Part shown: positions 9,841 through 19,307 of the stretch, one piece after another
Numbering within the stretch: the stretch's first letter is position 1
Layout: each line of letters starts with the position of its first letter
Origin: Alphaproteobacteria bacterium
GTDB taxonomy: Bacteria; Pseudomonadota; Alphaproteobacteria; Bin95
Direction of reading: 5' to 3'
DNA length: 64,000 nucleotides
Assembly (NCBI GenBank): GCA_964291285.2
Contig: OZ219787.1
Span: 1,600,001-1,664,000 of the forward strand
Notes under the pieces: generated by a model
Database searches by the model: none
What the model was told of the DNA's origin: nothing
The model's input: the letters and a program-made list of their open reading frames with translations, nothing else
Made by a program: the position numbers and the translations under genes

Positions 9841-11301
9841 TCAAACCCCGCTCGGGATGTTCAGCGGGTCGCGCTGCACCTTGCGCGGTGCGGTCAACTC
9901 CTTCCAGCGGGCGAGCGCCTCATGCACGGCGGGGAACGCCCGGCGCCGCACGAAACGCCCACGGCCGGGCCGGGGCTGCGAGTTCTTGCCGTACTCCCAG
10001 ATCACCTCGCCGCGGCTCAGCGTGTAGCGCGCCTGGGCCGAGACCTCGATGCCCTCGAAGACGTTGTAGTCGATGATCGATTTCTGGGTGGTCGCGGAGA
10101 TCGTCTTCTTGATCTTCGGGTCCCAGACCACGACATCGGCGTCCGCCCCTTCCACCAGCGCGCCCTTCTTCGGATAGACATTGAGAATCTTGGCGATGTT
10201 GGTGGAGGTGACCGCCACGAACTCGTTGGGCGTCAGCCGCCCGGTATCGACGCCCTTGGTCCAGAGCACCGGCATCCGGTCCTCGAGCCCCCCGGTGCCG
10301 TTGGGAATCATCGGGAAGCCGGCCAACCCCATGCGCTTCTGGCCCGTGGTGAAGGCGGCGTGGTCGGTCGCCACCACCTGCAGGGACCCGGCCGCGAGCC
10401 CGTTCCAGAGCCCGTCCTGATGCACCTTGCCGCGGAAGGGCGGCGACATGACCCGCTGCGCGGCATAGTCCCAGTCCTGATCGAAATATTCCGACTCATC
10501 GAGCGTGAGATGCTGGATCAGCGGCTCGCCATAGACCCGCATGCCCTTCTGGCGCGCGCGCCGGATCGCCTCGTGCGCCTGCTCGCAGGACACATGCACG
10601 ATGTAGAGCGGCACGCCCGCCGCATCGGCGATCATGATGGCGCGGTTCGCAGCCTCGCCCTCGACCTCGGGCGGGCGCGAATAGGCGTGCCCCTCGGGCC
10701 CGGTGAGGCCCTCCTCCATGTATTTCTCCTGGAGCGCCGCCACCACGTCGCCGTTCTCGGCATGGACGAGCGGCATGGCGCCGAGCGCGGCGCAGCGGCG
10801 GAACGACGCGAACATCTCGTCGTCGTCGATCATCAGCGCGCCCTTGTAGGCCATGAAGTGCTTGAAAGTGTTGATGCCGCGCCTGACGACCTCGGCCATC
10901 TCGTTGTGGATCTGCTCGTTCCAGTCGACGATGGCGCAGTGATAGCCGATGTCGACGCAGATCTGGTCCTTCGACTTGGCGTCCCAGGAATCGACGGCGC
11001 TCAACAGCGAGCCGTCCTCGCCGGGCAGCACGAAATCGACCAGCATGGTGGTCCCGCCGGTCGCCGCCGCCCAGGTACCGGACTCAAAGGTCTCGGCGGC
11101 GGTCGTGCCCATGAAGGGCATTTCCAGATGCGTGTGCGGGTCGATCCCGCCGGGGATGACATAGGCCTCCGAGGCGTCGACGACCTCGTCGCCGCTCAGG
11201 TTCTCGCCGATGGCGGCGATCTTCTCGCCTTCGATCAGGACATCGGCCTTCCAGGTCCGGTCCGCAGTGAGGACGGTGCCGCCCTTGATGACTTTGCTCA
11301 T
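9841..11301 (-). CDS. hydA: Dihydropyrimidinase (D-hydantoinase)
   Basis: PGGIDPHTH, FKHFMAYKG, VHAENG, YIVHVS, VMSPP, ATDH, IPNGTGG motifs. Confidence 0.92.
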   Translation of the reverse strand: MSKVIKGGTVLTADRTWKADVLIEGEKIAAIGENLSGDEVVDASEAYVIPGGIDPHTHLEMPFMGTTAAETFESGTWAAATGGTTMLVDFVLPGEDGSLLSAVDSWDAKSKDQICVDIGYHCAIVDWNEQIHNEMAEVVRRGINTFKHFMAYKGALMIDDDEMFASFRRCAALGAMPLVHAENGDVVAALQEKYMEEGLTGPEGHAYSRPPEVEGEAANRAIMIADAAGVPLYIVHVSCEQAHEAIRRARQKGMRVYGEPLIQHLTLDESEYFDQDWDYAAQRVMSPPFRGKVHQDGLWNGLAAGSLQVVATDHAAFTTGQKRMGLAGFPMIPNGTGGLEDRMPVLWTKGVDTGRLTPNEFVAVTSTNIAKILNVYPKKGALVEGADADVVVWDPKIKKTISATTQKSIIDYNVFEGIEVSAQARYTLSRGEVIWEYGKNSQPRPGRGRFVRRRAFPAVHEALARWKELTAPRKVQRDPLNIPSGV

Positions 11302-11347
11302 TCGAGGCCTCCGCTACATCTCTTTCCCTGCACGGACCGGTCCGGCC

Positions 11348-12598
11348 TTACTCCAGAAGTTCCGCGGTCTCCACCACCGCATGGAAGAGCACGTCGCAGC
11401 CCCTGGCGGCCCATTCCGGCGAAATCTCCTCGGCTTCATTGTGGCTCAGCCCGTCCACGCAGGGGCACATCACCATCGCCGCCGGCGCGATCTTGTTGAT
11501 CCAGCAGGCGTCGTGGCCGGCGCCCGAGACGATGTCCATGTGGGAATAGCCGAGCCGCTCAGCCGCATCGCGCACGGCCGTAACGCAGCCCTGGTGGAAC
11601 TCGGGCGGGTCGAAGCTGCCGACGATCTCCATCTCGATCTCGCAGCCCAGCGCCTCGCAGATCGCGGGCGCCTTCTCCATGACCTCGGCCACCATGCCCT
11701 CAAGCGTTTCCAGCACATGGCTGCGGAAGTCGATGGTGCACACGACCCGGCCCGGGATGATGTTGCGCGAGTTCGGATAGACATCGACATGCCCGATGGC
11801 GCCGACCGCGTTGGGCTGGTGCTTCATCGCGACTTCGTGGACCAGCTCGGTTATCTGCGCGAGCCCGCGCCCGGCATTCCGGCGCATCCGCATGGGCGTG
11901 GAGCCGGTATGGCTTTCCTTGCCGGTTATCCGGCATTCGATCCAGCGGAGCCCCTGGCCGTGGGTGACGACGCCGATATCGCACTCCTCGGCCTCCAGGA
12001 TCGGCCCCTGCTCGATATGCAGTTCGAAATAGGCGTGCATCCTGCGCGCGCCGGTCTCTTCCTCGCCGCGCCAGCCGATGCGCTCGAGCTCGTCCCCGAA
12101 GCGCTTGCCTTCCGCGTCCGTCAGGCCGTAGGCCCAGTCCTGGGTGTGGACGCCGGCGAAGACGCCGGACGCCAGCATGGGCGGCGCGTAGCGCGTCCCT
12201 TCCTCATTGGTCCAGTTGATGACCACGATCGGGCGTCTGGTCCTGATTCCCAGCTCGTTGAGGGTCCGCACGATCTCGAGTCCGCCGAGCACGCCGAGCA
12301 CGCCGTCATACTTGCCGCCGGTCGGCTGCGTATCGAGATGGCTGCCCACGAAGACCGGCAGCGCGTCGGGGTCGGTTCCGGCCCGCGTCGCGAACATGTT
12401 GCCCATCTGGTCGAGGCCCATCTCACAGCCGGCCGCCTCGCACCATTGCTGGAACAGCGCGCGGCCCACGCCGTCCTCGTCGGTCAGCGTCTGGCGATTG
12501 TTGCCGCCGGCCACGCCGGGGCCGATCTTCGCCATGTCCATCAGGCTGTCCCAGAGCCGCTCGCCGTTGATCTTCAGGTTCTCGCCGGGGGCGGGCAT
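11348..12598 (-). CDS. Zn-dependent N-carbamoyl-beta-alanine amidohydrolase (beta-ureidopropionase, M20 family)
   Basis: GSHLDTQPTGGKYDG, NEEG, ELHIEQGP, SGAGHDA, SHNEAE; adjacent to dihydropyrimidinase. Confidence 0.88.
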   Translation of the reverse strand: MPAPGENLKINGERLWDSLMDMAKIGPGVAGGNNRQTLTDEDGVGRALFQQWCEAAGCEMGLDQMGNMFATRAGTDPDALPVFVGSHLDTQPTGGKYDGVLGVLGGLEIVRTLNELGIRTRRPIVVINWTNEEGTRYAPPMLASGVFAGVHTQDWAYGLTDAEGKRFGDELERIGWRGEEETGARRMHAYFELHIEQGPILEAEECDIGVVTHGQGLRWIECRITGKESHTGSTPMRMRRNAGRGLAQITELVHEVAMKHQPNAVGAIGHVDVYPNSRNIIPGRVVCTIDFRSHVLETLEGMVAEVMEKAPAICEALGCEIEMEIVGSFDPPEFHQGCVTAVRDAAERLGYSHMDIVSGAGHDACWINKIAPAAMVMCPCVDGLSHNEAEEISPEWAARGCDVLFHAVVETAELLE

Positions 12599-12701
12599 GG
12601 GCACCTCACTCTCTGGATCGCCGGGCGAACCGGACGCTATCAAGCTCCTTGGGCCGGTCAAGCGGAAAGTGGGGCCGGGCAAGGCCGGGTCCGCTGTTCG
12701 G

Positions 12702-13703
12702 CTACCGGAATGCGGGAATGATCGACCGGCCGTATTCGGCGATGATTCCCTCCTCGTCGCCATTGTCGAGATAGATGTTGAACTGGGTGACGCCCGCCGC
12801 CCGGAGCTCCTCCAGCTTGGCGACATGCTCCTCCGGCGTGCCGAGCACGCTGAACCCGTCGATCACGTCGTCGGTGATGAAGTCCAGATAGGCGTTGTCG
12901 CTCTGTCCGTGCTTGGAATAGTCGTAACCCCTGCGGCCCTCGATATAGGCCGTCAGCGAGGGCGGAATGTCTTCGCGGCCAGTACCGTACCGTTCGACGA
13001 TGTCCGCCACGTGATTGCCGACCATAGCCGGGAACCAGCGGGTGGCTTCCCGGCATGTTTCCCGGTCGCCGAAGAAGGCGGGCGCGGCGGACATGACGCG
13101 GTAATTCGACATGTCCCGCCCGGCTTCCCTGCCTGCGGCGATCGCCTGGTCGGCCAGCCACTTGCAGATCGAGGGTTCGGCGATCTGGAGGATCAGCCCG
13201 TCGCCCACGCGGCCGGCCGAGTTCAGCGCCCGGGGGCCGTAGGCGGCAACCCAGACGGGCAGTTCGTAGCCCGTCGCCCAGGGGAATTGCATCGGGTTCG
13301 GCACATTGCCGTACTGGACTTCCTCGCCGCGCACGAGCGCGCGCACGACCTGGATGAACTCCTCCATCCGGGCGAGCGAGGAGGGCCTGTTGCCCATCAC
13401 GCGCACGGCGCTGTCGCCGCTGCCGACGCCGATGTCGAAGCGGTTGTTCGACTGGAGCGCCAGCGAGCCGAAGAGCGAGGCCGCCGCGGACCAGTCCCGC
13501 GTATTGGGGTTGGTGACGCAGGGGCCGAACCGGAGCGTCTCGGTGTGCTCCATGCACATGGCCATCGCCGGGTAGCTCTCGCGCCAGAGGATATGGCTGT
13601 CGTAGAACCAGCAATAGCCGAAGCCCGCATCCTCGGCCTGTTTCACCAGCGCGCGCGCCCGATCGGGCTGCACGAACCCCTTGAAGGTAATGCCGAATTC
13701 CAT
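12702..13703 (-). CDS. LLM-class Mer-like oxidoreductase, probably F420-dependent (TIGR03842-like)
   Basis: 'AEDAGFGYCWFYDSHILWRE', 'GPCVTNP', 'G.GDSA', 'WVAAYGP', 'WFPAMVGNHVAD', 'YDY..HG'; GGGAGG RBS. Confidence 0.75.
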   Translation of the reverse strand: MEFGITFKGFVQPDRARALVKQAEDAGFGYCWFYDSHILWRESYPAMAMCMEHTETLRFGPCVTNPNTRDWSAAASLFGSLALQSNNRFDIGVGSGDSAVRVMGNRPSSLARMEEFIQVVRALVRGEEVQYGNVPNPMQFPWATGYELPVWVAAYGPRALNSAGRVGDGLILQIAEPSICKWLADQAIAAGREAGRDMSNYRVMSAAPAFFGDRETCREATRWFPAMVGNHVADIVERYGTGREDIPPSLTAYIEGRRGYDYSKHGQSDNAYLDFITDDVIDGFSVLGTPEEHVAKLEELRAAGVTQFNIYLDNGDEEGIIAEYGRSIIPAFR

Positions 13704-13840
13704 GTCTGCCTCCCGGGTGGCTTGGTGTTCCGGCGCCTCGGACCGGCTGCCGCCGACCGGCTCGGCTGAAATGGTAGTGTATAGGCGGTTTGTCCGCCAA
13801 GCTGGCCTCCGGGCCATCCGCCGCGAACGGGAGGCCGTCG

Positions 13841-15124
13841 ATGGAGAAAGCCCTCAAGACAGACCCCTTCTGGTGGGAAGCCGTGCCGCGCCCCGATCCC
13901 GAGCCGGAGGCGCTGCCGGGGCGCGCCGACGCGGTGGTCGTGGGCGCCGGCTTCACGGGGCTCAGCGCCGCGCTCACGCTGGCGCGGGCCGGGCGCAAGG
14001 TCGTGGTGCTGGAGAAGGACAGGCCGGGGGAGGGCGCCTCCAGCCGCAATGGCGGCATCGCCAGCGGCAATCTCCGCCGCAGCTTCGGCGGCATGATCCG
14101 CGCCTGGGGGCTGGAGCGCGCGAAGGCCGTGGAGGCCGAAGGGCAGGCCGCCCGCGCCGACCTCGCGCGCTTCATCGCGGACGAGCACATCGACTGCGAC
14201 TGGAAGCTGACCGGGCGCTTCACCGGCGCGATGCGCCCGAAGCATTACGAGGCGCTGGCCGCGGAATGCGAGCTGCTGAACCGGCACCTCGACTACGGCG
14301 CCTGGATGGTGCCGAAGGCGGAGCAGCGTGCGGAAATCGGCTCGGACCTCTATCACGGCGGCATGGTGCGCGAGGACATCGGCGGGCTGCATCCGGGCAA
14401 GTTCCACCAGGGAATGCTCGACCGGGCGCTGGAGGCCGGCGTCTCCGTCCATGCGCGCACGGCGGTCGAAGCGATCGAGGACGACAGCAGCCTGAAGCGC
14501 GTCCGCACCGGCCGCGGCAGCATCGCCGCCCCGCATGTCATCGTGGCGACCAACGGCTATACCGGCCGTTCGATGCCCTGGCTCAGGCGGCGCATCGTGC
14601 CGATCCCGAGCCAGATCGTCGCCACCGACCCGATCCCCAAGGACACTCTCGACCGGCTGATGCCGAAGCGCCGGATGCTGGGCGAGACGCGCAACCTGTA
14701 CCACTATTTCCGCCCGGCGCCGGACGACAGCCGCATCGTCTTCGGCGGCAGGGCGGGCGCGCTCACCGACGACGAATCGCGCAAGGCGCAGCGATTGGGC
14801 GCCGGGCTCGCGCAGATCTTCCCGGAGCTGGCCGGCATCGGCATGACCCACTGCTGGTTCGGCTATACCGGCTTCACCTTCGACTTCATGCCGAAGCTGG
14901 TGGTGCGCAACGGCGTGCATTACGCCGCCGGCTTCTGCGGCTCGGGCGTGGTCTGGGCGCGCTGGCTCGGCATGAAGGCGGCGCAGAGCATTGTCGGCAA
15001 CCGCCCGCCGGAGACGGCCTTCGCCGCCGGCGACTTCGCCACCCGCCCGCTCTATTACGGCCGCCCCTGGTTCCTGCCCTTCATGGTCGGCTGGTACGAG
15101 TTCAAGGACCGGATGGGGCTATAG
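13841..15124 (+). CDS. FAD-dependent oxidoreductase, DAO/PuuB-like
   Basis: VVGAGFTGLSAA, GASSRNGG, LHPGK, ATNGYT, GFCGSGV. Confidence 0.85.
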   Translation: MEKALKTDPFWWEAVPRPDPEPEALPGRADAVVVGAGFTGLSAALTLARAGRKVVVLEKDRPGEGASSRNGGIASGNLRRSFGGMIRAWGLERAKAVEAEGQAARADLARFIADEHIDCDWKLTGRFTGAMRPKHYEALAAECELLNRHLDYGAWMVPKAEQRAEIGSDLYHGGMVREDIGGLHPGKFHQGMLDRALEAGVSVHARTAVEAIEDDSSLKRVRTGRGSIAAPHVIVATNGYTGRSMPWLRRRIVPIPSQIVATDPIPKDTLDRLMPKRRMLGETRNLYHYFRPAPDDSRIVFGGRAGALTDDESRKAQRLGAGLAQIFPELAGIGMTHCWFGYTGFTFDFMPKLVVRNGVHYAAGFCGSGVVWARWLGMKAAQSIVGNRPPETAFAAGDFATRPLYYGRPWFLPFMVGWYEFKDRMGL

Positions 15125-15146
15125 CCGGCCCCGCCTTCCCGGGCGG

Positions 15147-15770
15147 TCAGACCTCCTGCGCCTTGAGGCCGCGCTGCACGGCGGGCCGCGCTGTCACGAT
15201 GTCGAACCAGCGCTTCACATTGGGGAAGCGGTCGAAGTCGAGGTCGATCCACTCGTAGCGGCAGGCCCAGGGATAGACGGCGATGTCGGCGATGGAATAG
15301 TCGTCGCAGAGGAAGTCGCGGCCCTCCAGCCGCCGGTCCATGACGCCGTAGAGCCGGTAGGTCTCCTGGGTGTAGCGCTCGATGCCGTAGGGCACCTCGA
15401 CCTTGGCGGCGCGGCGGAAATGGTGCGCCTGGCCCTGCATCGGCCCGACGCCGCCCATCTGCCACATCAGCCATTGCAGCACCTCGAGGCGCCGGCGCGG
15501 CTCCGTCGGCCAGAGCGGACTGCCGGTCTTCTCGGCGAGGTAGATCAGGATGGCGCCGCTCTCGAACAGCGAGACCGGCCCGCCGCCGGGCCCGTCGGGA
15601 TCGATGATCGCCGGGATGCGGTTGTTGGGGCTGATCTTCAGGAAGTCGGGGTGGAACTGCTCGTCCTTGCCGATATTGACCGGGTGCCACTGATATTCCA
15701 GCCCCAGCTCCTCCAGCATGATCGAAATCTTGCGCCCGTTGGACGTGTTCCAGCTATGGAGATGAATCAT
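15147..15770 (-). CDS. Glutathione S-transferase family protein (YfcG/YghU-like)
   Basis: 'T.NG.K..I.LEE', 'ISPNNRIPAI.D', FESGAIL, WQMGG.GPM.GQ, YSIADIA. Confidence 0.88.
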   Translation of the reverse strand: MIHLHSWNTSNGRKISIMLEELGLEYQWHPVNIGKDEQFHPDFLKISPNNRIPAIIDPDGPGGGPVSLFESGAILIYLAEKTGSPLWPTEPRRRLEVLQWLMWQMGGVGPMQGQAHHFRRAAKVEVPYGIERYTQETYRLYGVMDRRLEGRDFLCDDYSIADIAVYPWACRYEWIDLDFDRFPNVKRWFDIVTARPAVQRGLKAQEV

Positions 15771-15818
15771 TCGGGCCGGTCCCCCCGTTTTTCTGCATTA
15801 CTGGCTTGCCGGACGAAC

Positions 15819-16814
15819 TTAGCCGTTGGCGAGCAGGGCGTCGATGCGCTCCGGTGCGAGGCCCGTCGCGCGGACGGCGGCGGTAATCGCAGCCCAGGCG
15901 TCGCCGGAAAGGGGCAGGCCGTTGGCGCGGCGCTCGGCGGCGGTGATGCGCTCCGGGTCGCCCGGCACCAGCACCGGCGCGTCCGGGTCGGCGGGCCGGG
16001 CGGAGAGGAGCCATTCGACATAGTCCTCGACCGTGCGCGCAAAGGCCTCGCCCGGGCCGAAAGCGTCCGGCCGGGCGTAAAGCGAGAACATGCCGTTGGC
16101 GAAGGGCCTGTCCGTCGGCCCGCAGACGCCGTTGCCGGTGAGCGCGCCGCCCAGCAGCTCGCACATCAGCGCCAGGCCCGAGCCCTTGTGCTCGCCCATC
16201 GCGCGGATAGCGCCCCTGCCGTCGCGGAACTGCGGCGGCGCGTCCGGCCCGGCGGTGCCGTAGAGCGCGGCGGGGTCGTTCGTGCGCCGTCCCTCGCCGT
16301 CGATCAGCGCGTCGTCCGGCACCGGCTTGCCGCCCTTGGCCGCGACCAGCACCTTGCCTTCCGCGACCACGGAGGTGGCGAAATCGAGCACCAGCGGCTC
16401 GCGGCCCTCGCGCGGCACGGCCACGCAGAAGGGCGCGGTGGAGAAACGCCGCTCGCGCGCGCCGTAGGGCGCGACCAGCACGCTGCCGCGCGCATTGACG
16501 AAATGGACCGAGACCAGCCCTTCTTCGGCCGCCGTCGCGGCCCACTCGCCGATGCGGCCGAGGTGGCCGGTATTGCGCAGCGCCACCACGCCGACGCCGC
16601 CGGCGCGCGCCTTCTCGACGCCGCAGCGCACGGCCTGCGGGCCGATGGTCTGGCCGAAGCCGAGGCATCCGTCGAGCACCGCCATCGCGCCCGTGTCCGA
16701 CACGGTCTCCACCTCCCGGTCCGCCGCGACCCGCCCGTCGCGCAGCATGTCCAGATAGCGCGGCACGCGCACGATGCCGTGGCTGTCATGGCCGGCGAGG
16801 TTGGCCGACACCAG
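15819..16814 (-). pseudogene. Malate/L-lactate dehydrogenase family (Ldh_2, YbiC-like), C-terminal part, interrupted by the integrative element
   Basis: Begins at 'LVSANLAGHDSHG' without the usual N-terminal helices; HLGRIG, DFATS..AEGK, HKGSGL; the missing N-terminus lies at 25005-25112. Confidence 0.88.
16808..16814. repeat. Left att core (ACACCAG)
   Basis: Identical to 25007-25013; extends to ACACCAG(C/A)GAG, 10/11 match. Confidence 0.85.
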
Positions 16815-16835
16815 CGAGCGCACCTGTGGGTGCTA

Positions 16836-16845
16836 ACTATCTGAC
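16836..16845. repeat. Left subterminal inverted repeat ACTATCTGAC
   Basis: Perfect reverse complement of GTCAGATAGT at 24966-24975. Confidence 0.7.
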
Positions 16846-16937
16846 ATAGCGTTGTTTTTTCTCCCGAAATGCAGCGGTCGGGGAAGCGGGTCGCAAGGGC
16901 CCGTTCCCCGGCTGCAACCGGAGCCGGGAGAAACGCA

Positions 16938-18062
16938 ATGGCGAAGACTACCCTCACCGAGGCGCGCGTGAAGGCGCTCAAGCCCCGCAGGTCCGTCCGC
17001 GAGGTCCGCGACGGCAGGCTCAGGGGGTTCGGCGTCCGTGTGTCGCCCTCGGGCCGCAAGCAGTTCTTCATCCACTGCCAGCATCGCGGCGCGCGTATCT
17101 GGAAGATTGTCGGCGACGCCGACAGCATGAGCATCGGCGAAGCGCGGGCCGCGGCTGCGGAGATGCTCGCCACCATCAGGCGCGGCGGGGAGGCGCCGCT
17201 CACGCCGGACGAGACGCTCTTCGAAGCCGTCGCCGGGATCGCGTTCCGCCGTCACGAGGGCGTCTGGAAGCCCGGAACGATGATCGTGAACCGAAGCTAT
17301 CTGCGCAACCGGCTTCTGCCGCATTTCGCCGGAAGGCCGATTGCGGAGATCGACCGGCAGGAGGTGCGGCACTGGTTCGCCCGCCTGCGCGCGGTGCCGG
17401 CGGCGGCGGACCGGTCGATGCCGGTGCTGTCCGTCATCATGAGGGAGGCGGAAGCCATGGGCCTGCGCCCGGAGGGCTCCAATCCCTGCCGGGGGATCAG
17501 GCGCTACCGCCGCAAGGGCCGCGAGCGGTTCCTCCCGGACGAGGAAATCCGCCGCCTGTCCGGGAGGCTCAAGGCGCATGAGGCCCGCTGGCCGCAGCAT
17601 GTCGCCGTCATCCGCCTGCTGCTGCTGACCGGCTGCCGCAAGGGCGAGATCCTCACCCTGCAATGGTCCGATTACCGCGAAGGCCGCCTGTTCCTGCGCG
17701 ATTCCAAGACGGGGCCCCGGACAGTCTGGCTGTCGGAGCCGGCCCGGGCGGTGCTTGATCGTCTCGAGCGGAAGGGGCGGTGGATATTCCCGGCATCGAG
17801 GGGCGACCGGCCCCGGAGCGGAAGCTGGCTGTTCCACTTCTGGAACCGGGTCCGCGCCGAGGCGGACCTGGAGGACGCCCGCCTTCACGACCTGCGCCAT
17901 ACGCATGCGAGCCTTGCCCTCAGGCAGGGCGAGACGGTGCTCGCCATCGGCCGGCTGCTGGGCCACCGCAGGCCGGAAACCACGCTGAAATATACCCATG
18001 TCGCCGACGCCATGGTGCAGGACGCAGCCGAGACGGTCGGCGCGGCGCTGGAGGCAGGCTGA
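16938..18062 (+). CDS. Tyrosine recombinase/integrase 1 with N-terminal arm-binding domain
   Basis: N-terminus 'LTEARVKAL..VRD..LRGFGVRVSPSGRK' (Arm-DNA-bind_3-like); catalytic TGCRKGE, KTG, HDLRH, LGH...TLKY. Confidence 0.92.
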   Translation: MAKTTLTEARVKALKPRRSVREVRDGRLRGFGVRVSPSGRKQFFIHCQHRGARIWKIVGDADSMSIGEARAAAAEMLATIRRGGEAPLTPDETLFEAVAGIAFRRHEGVWKPGTMIVNRSYLRNRLLPHFAGRPIAEIDRQEVRHWFARLRAVPAAADRSMPVLSVIMREAEAMGLRPEGSNPCRGIRRYRRKGRERFLPDEEIRRLSGRLKAHEARWPQHVAVIRLLLLTGCRKGEILTLQWSDYREGRLFLRDSKTGPRTVWLSEPARAVLDRLERKGRWIFPASRGDRPRSGSWLFHFWNRVRAEADLEDARLHDLRHTHASLALRQGETVLAIGRLLGHRRPETTLKYTHVADAMVQDAAETVGAALEAG

Positions 18063-19207
18063 TGGCGGGCCGGGAACGGATGAAACTCACCGACGCCGCC
18101 GTCGCCCGTCTCCGCCCCCGCGAGCGGGAATATACGGTCTGGGACACGCGCATCGCCGGTCTCGGCGTCCGGGTGCGGCCCACCGGCGGGCGCAGCTGGG
18201 TGCTGCTGCTCGACAGGGGCGGGCGCACCAGGCGCGTCTCGCTCGGCCCGGTCGGCGTGAAGAGCCTGGAGGAGGTTCGCAGGGAATGCCATGCCCGCAA
18301 GGCGAACCCCGAGCCGGAAAAAGAGGCCCGGCCGGCGCAGCCGGTCCCGCTGTTCCGGGATTTCGTCGCCGGTCCATGGAAGGAGGCGCATTTCGACGGC
18401 TACAAGCCCTCGACGCAGAGGACCGCCCGCTATCAGCTTGCGGGCCAGCTCCTGCCGGCATTCGGATCGAAGCCGCTGGACCGCATCGGCGAGGCCGCCA
18501 TCCGGCGCTGGTTCGAGCGATACAGCCGCACCGCGCCGGGCAACGCCAATCCCTGCCTTGCCCGTCTGCGGCAGATACTCAACTTCGCCCTCGCCTGCGG
18601 CCACATCGAGGTCAATCCCGTCGGGCGCATCGCCCCGAACCGCCGCACGGCGCTCACGCGGTTCCTGTCCCGGGAGGAACTCGCACGCCTCCATGCCGCC
18701 TTGGACGCGCAGACCCGGAAGAGCGCGCGGCAGCAGGCCGACATCGTCCGCCTCCTGCTGCTGACCGGCTGCCGCAGAAGCGAGATCACGGGCCTGCGCT
18801 GGTCCGAAGTCCGCGAGGACGGGCTGGCGCTCACCGATGCCAAGACCGGACCGAGGACGGTCCCGCTCGGCAGCGGGGCCCGGGCCATTCTCGACCGGCA
18901 GCCGCGCACGGGCAGCCCGTTCGTGTTTCCTTCGCCGTGCGACCCCGCCCGCCCGCGCAGCCCCGACCTGCCGCTCTGGTACCGCGTCAGACGCGAAGCC
19001 GGCATCGGGGATGTCCGCCTTCATGACCTGCGCCATACCATGGCCAGCCATGCGGTGATGAACGGCGTGCCGGTCCCGGTGGTCTCCCGCCTGCTCGGGC
19101 ATTCCAGTGTGCGCATGACGCTGCGCTACGCCCATCTCGCCGACCGCGACATCGAGGCCGCCGCGGAACGCGTCGGGCAGGCCATGAGCGCCGTGCTGGA
19201 GACATGA
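18062..19207 (+). CDS. Tyrosine recombinase/integrase 2 with N-terminal arm-binding domain
   Basis: TGATG overlap with integrase 1; 'LTDAAVARL..VWD....GLGVRVRPTGGRSW'; TGCRRSE, KTG, HDLRH, LGH...MTLRY. Confidence 0.92.
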   Translation: MAGRERMKLTDAAVARLRPREREYTVWDTRIAGLGVRVRPTGGRSWVLLLDRGGRTRRVSLGPVGVKSLEEVRRECHARKANPEPEKEARPAQPVPLFRDFVAGPWKEAHFDGYKPSTQRTARYQLAGQLLPAFGSKPLDRIGEAAIRRWFERYSRTAPGNANPCLARLRQILNFALACGHIEVNPVGRIAPNRRTALTRFLSREELARLHAALDAQTRKSARQQADIVRLLLLTGCRRSEITGLRWSEVREDGLALTDAKTGPRTVPLGSGARAILDRQPRTGSPFVFPSPCDPARPRSPDLPLWYRVRREAGIGDVRLHDLRHTMASHAVMNGVPVPVVSRLLGHSSVRMTLRYAHLADRDIEAAAERVGQAMSAVLET

Positions 19208-19307
19208 CCGGGGCGGCCGCGGCAGACCCGCTCCTTCATGAGCGAATGGCGCCGGTCTTCTGCCTGCGCCGCACCCGGCCCGATGCTGCCGCTATCGGCG
19301 TGTCCGG

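Noticed and set aside
6159-11346. Short CGGTCCGGACCG / GGACCGGTCC palindromes in intergenic gaps as a REP family
   Set aside because: Too short and variable to separate from chance in GC-rich DNA
16815-16823. Element-supplied GTG restoring expression of the Ldh_2 C-terminal part
   Set aside because: An in-frame GTG exists at 16823 but has no evident RBS, and about 30 N-terminal residues would still be missing
16938-19207. RIT element or prophage remnant
   Set aside because: Only two recombinases, both with arm-binding-like N-termini; no phage structural or replication genes
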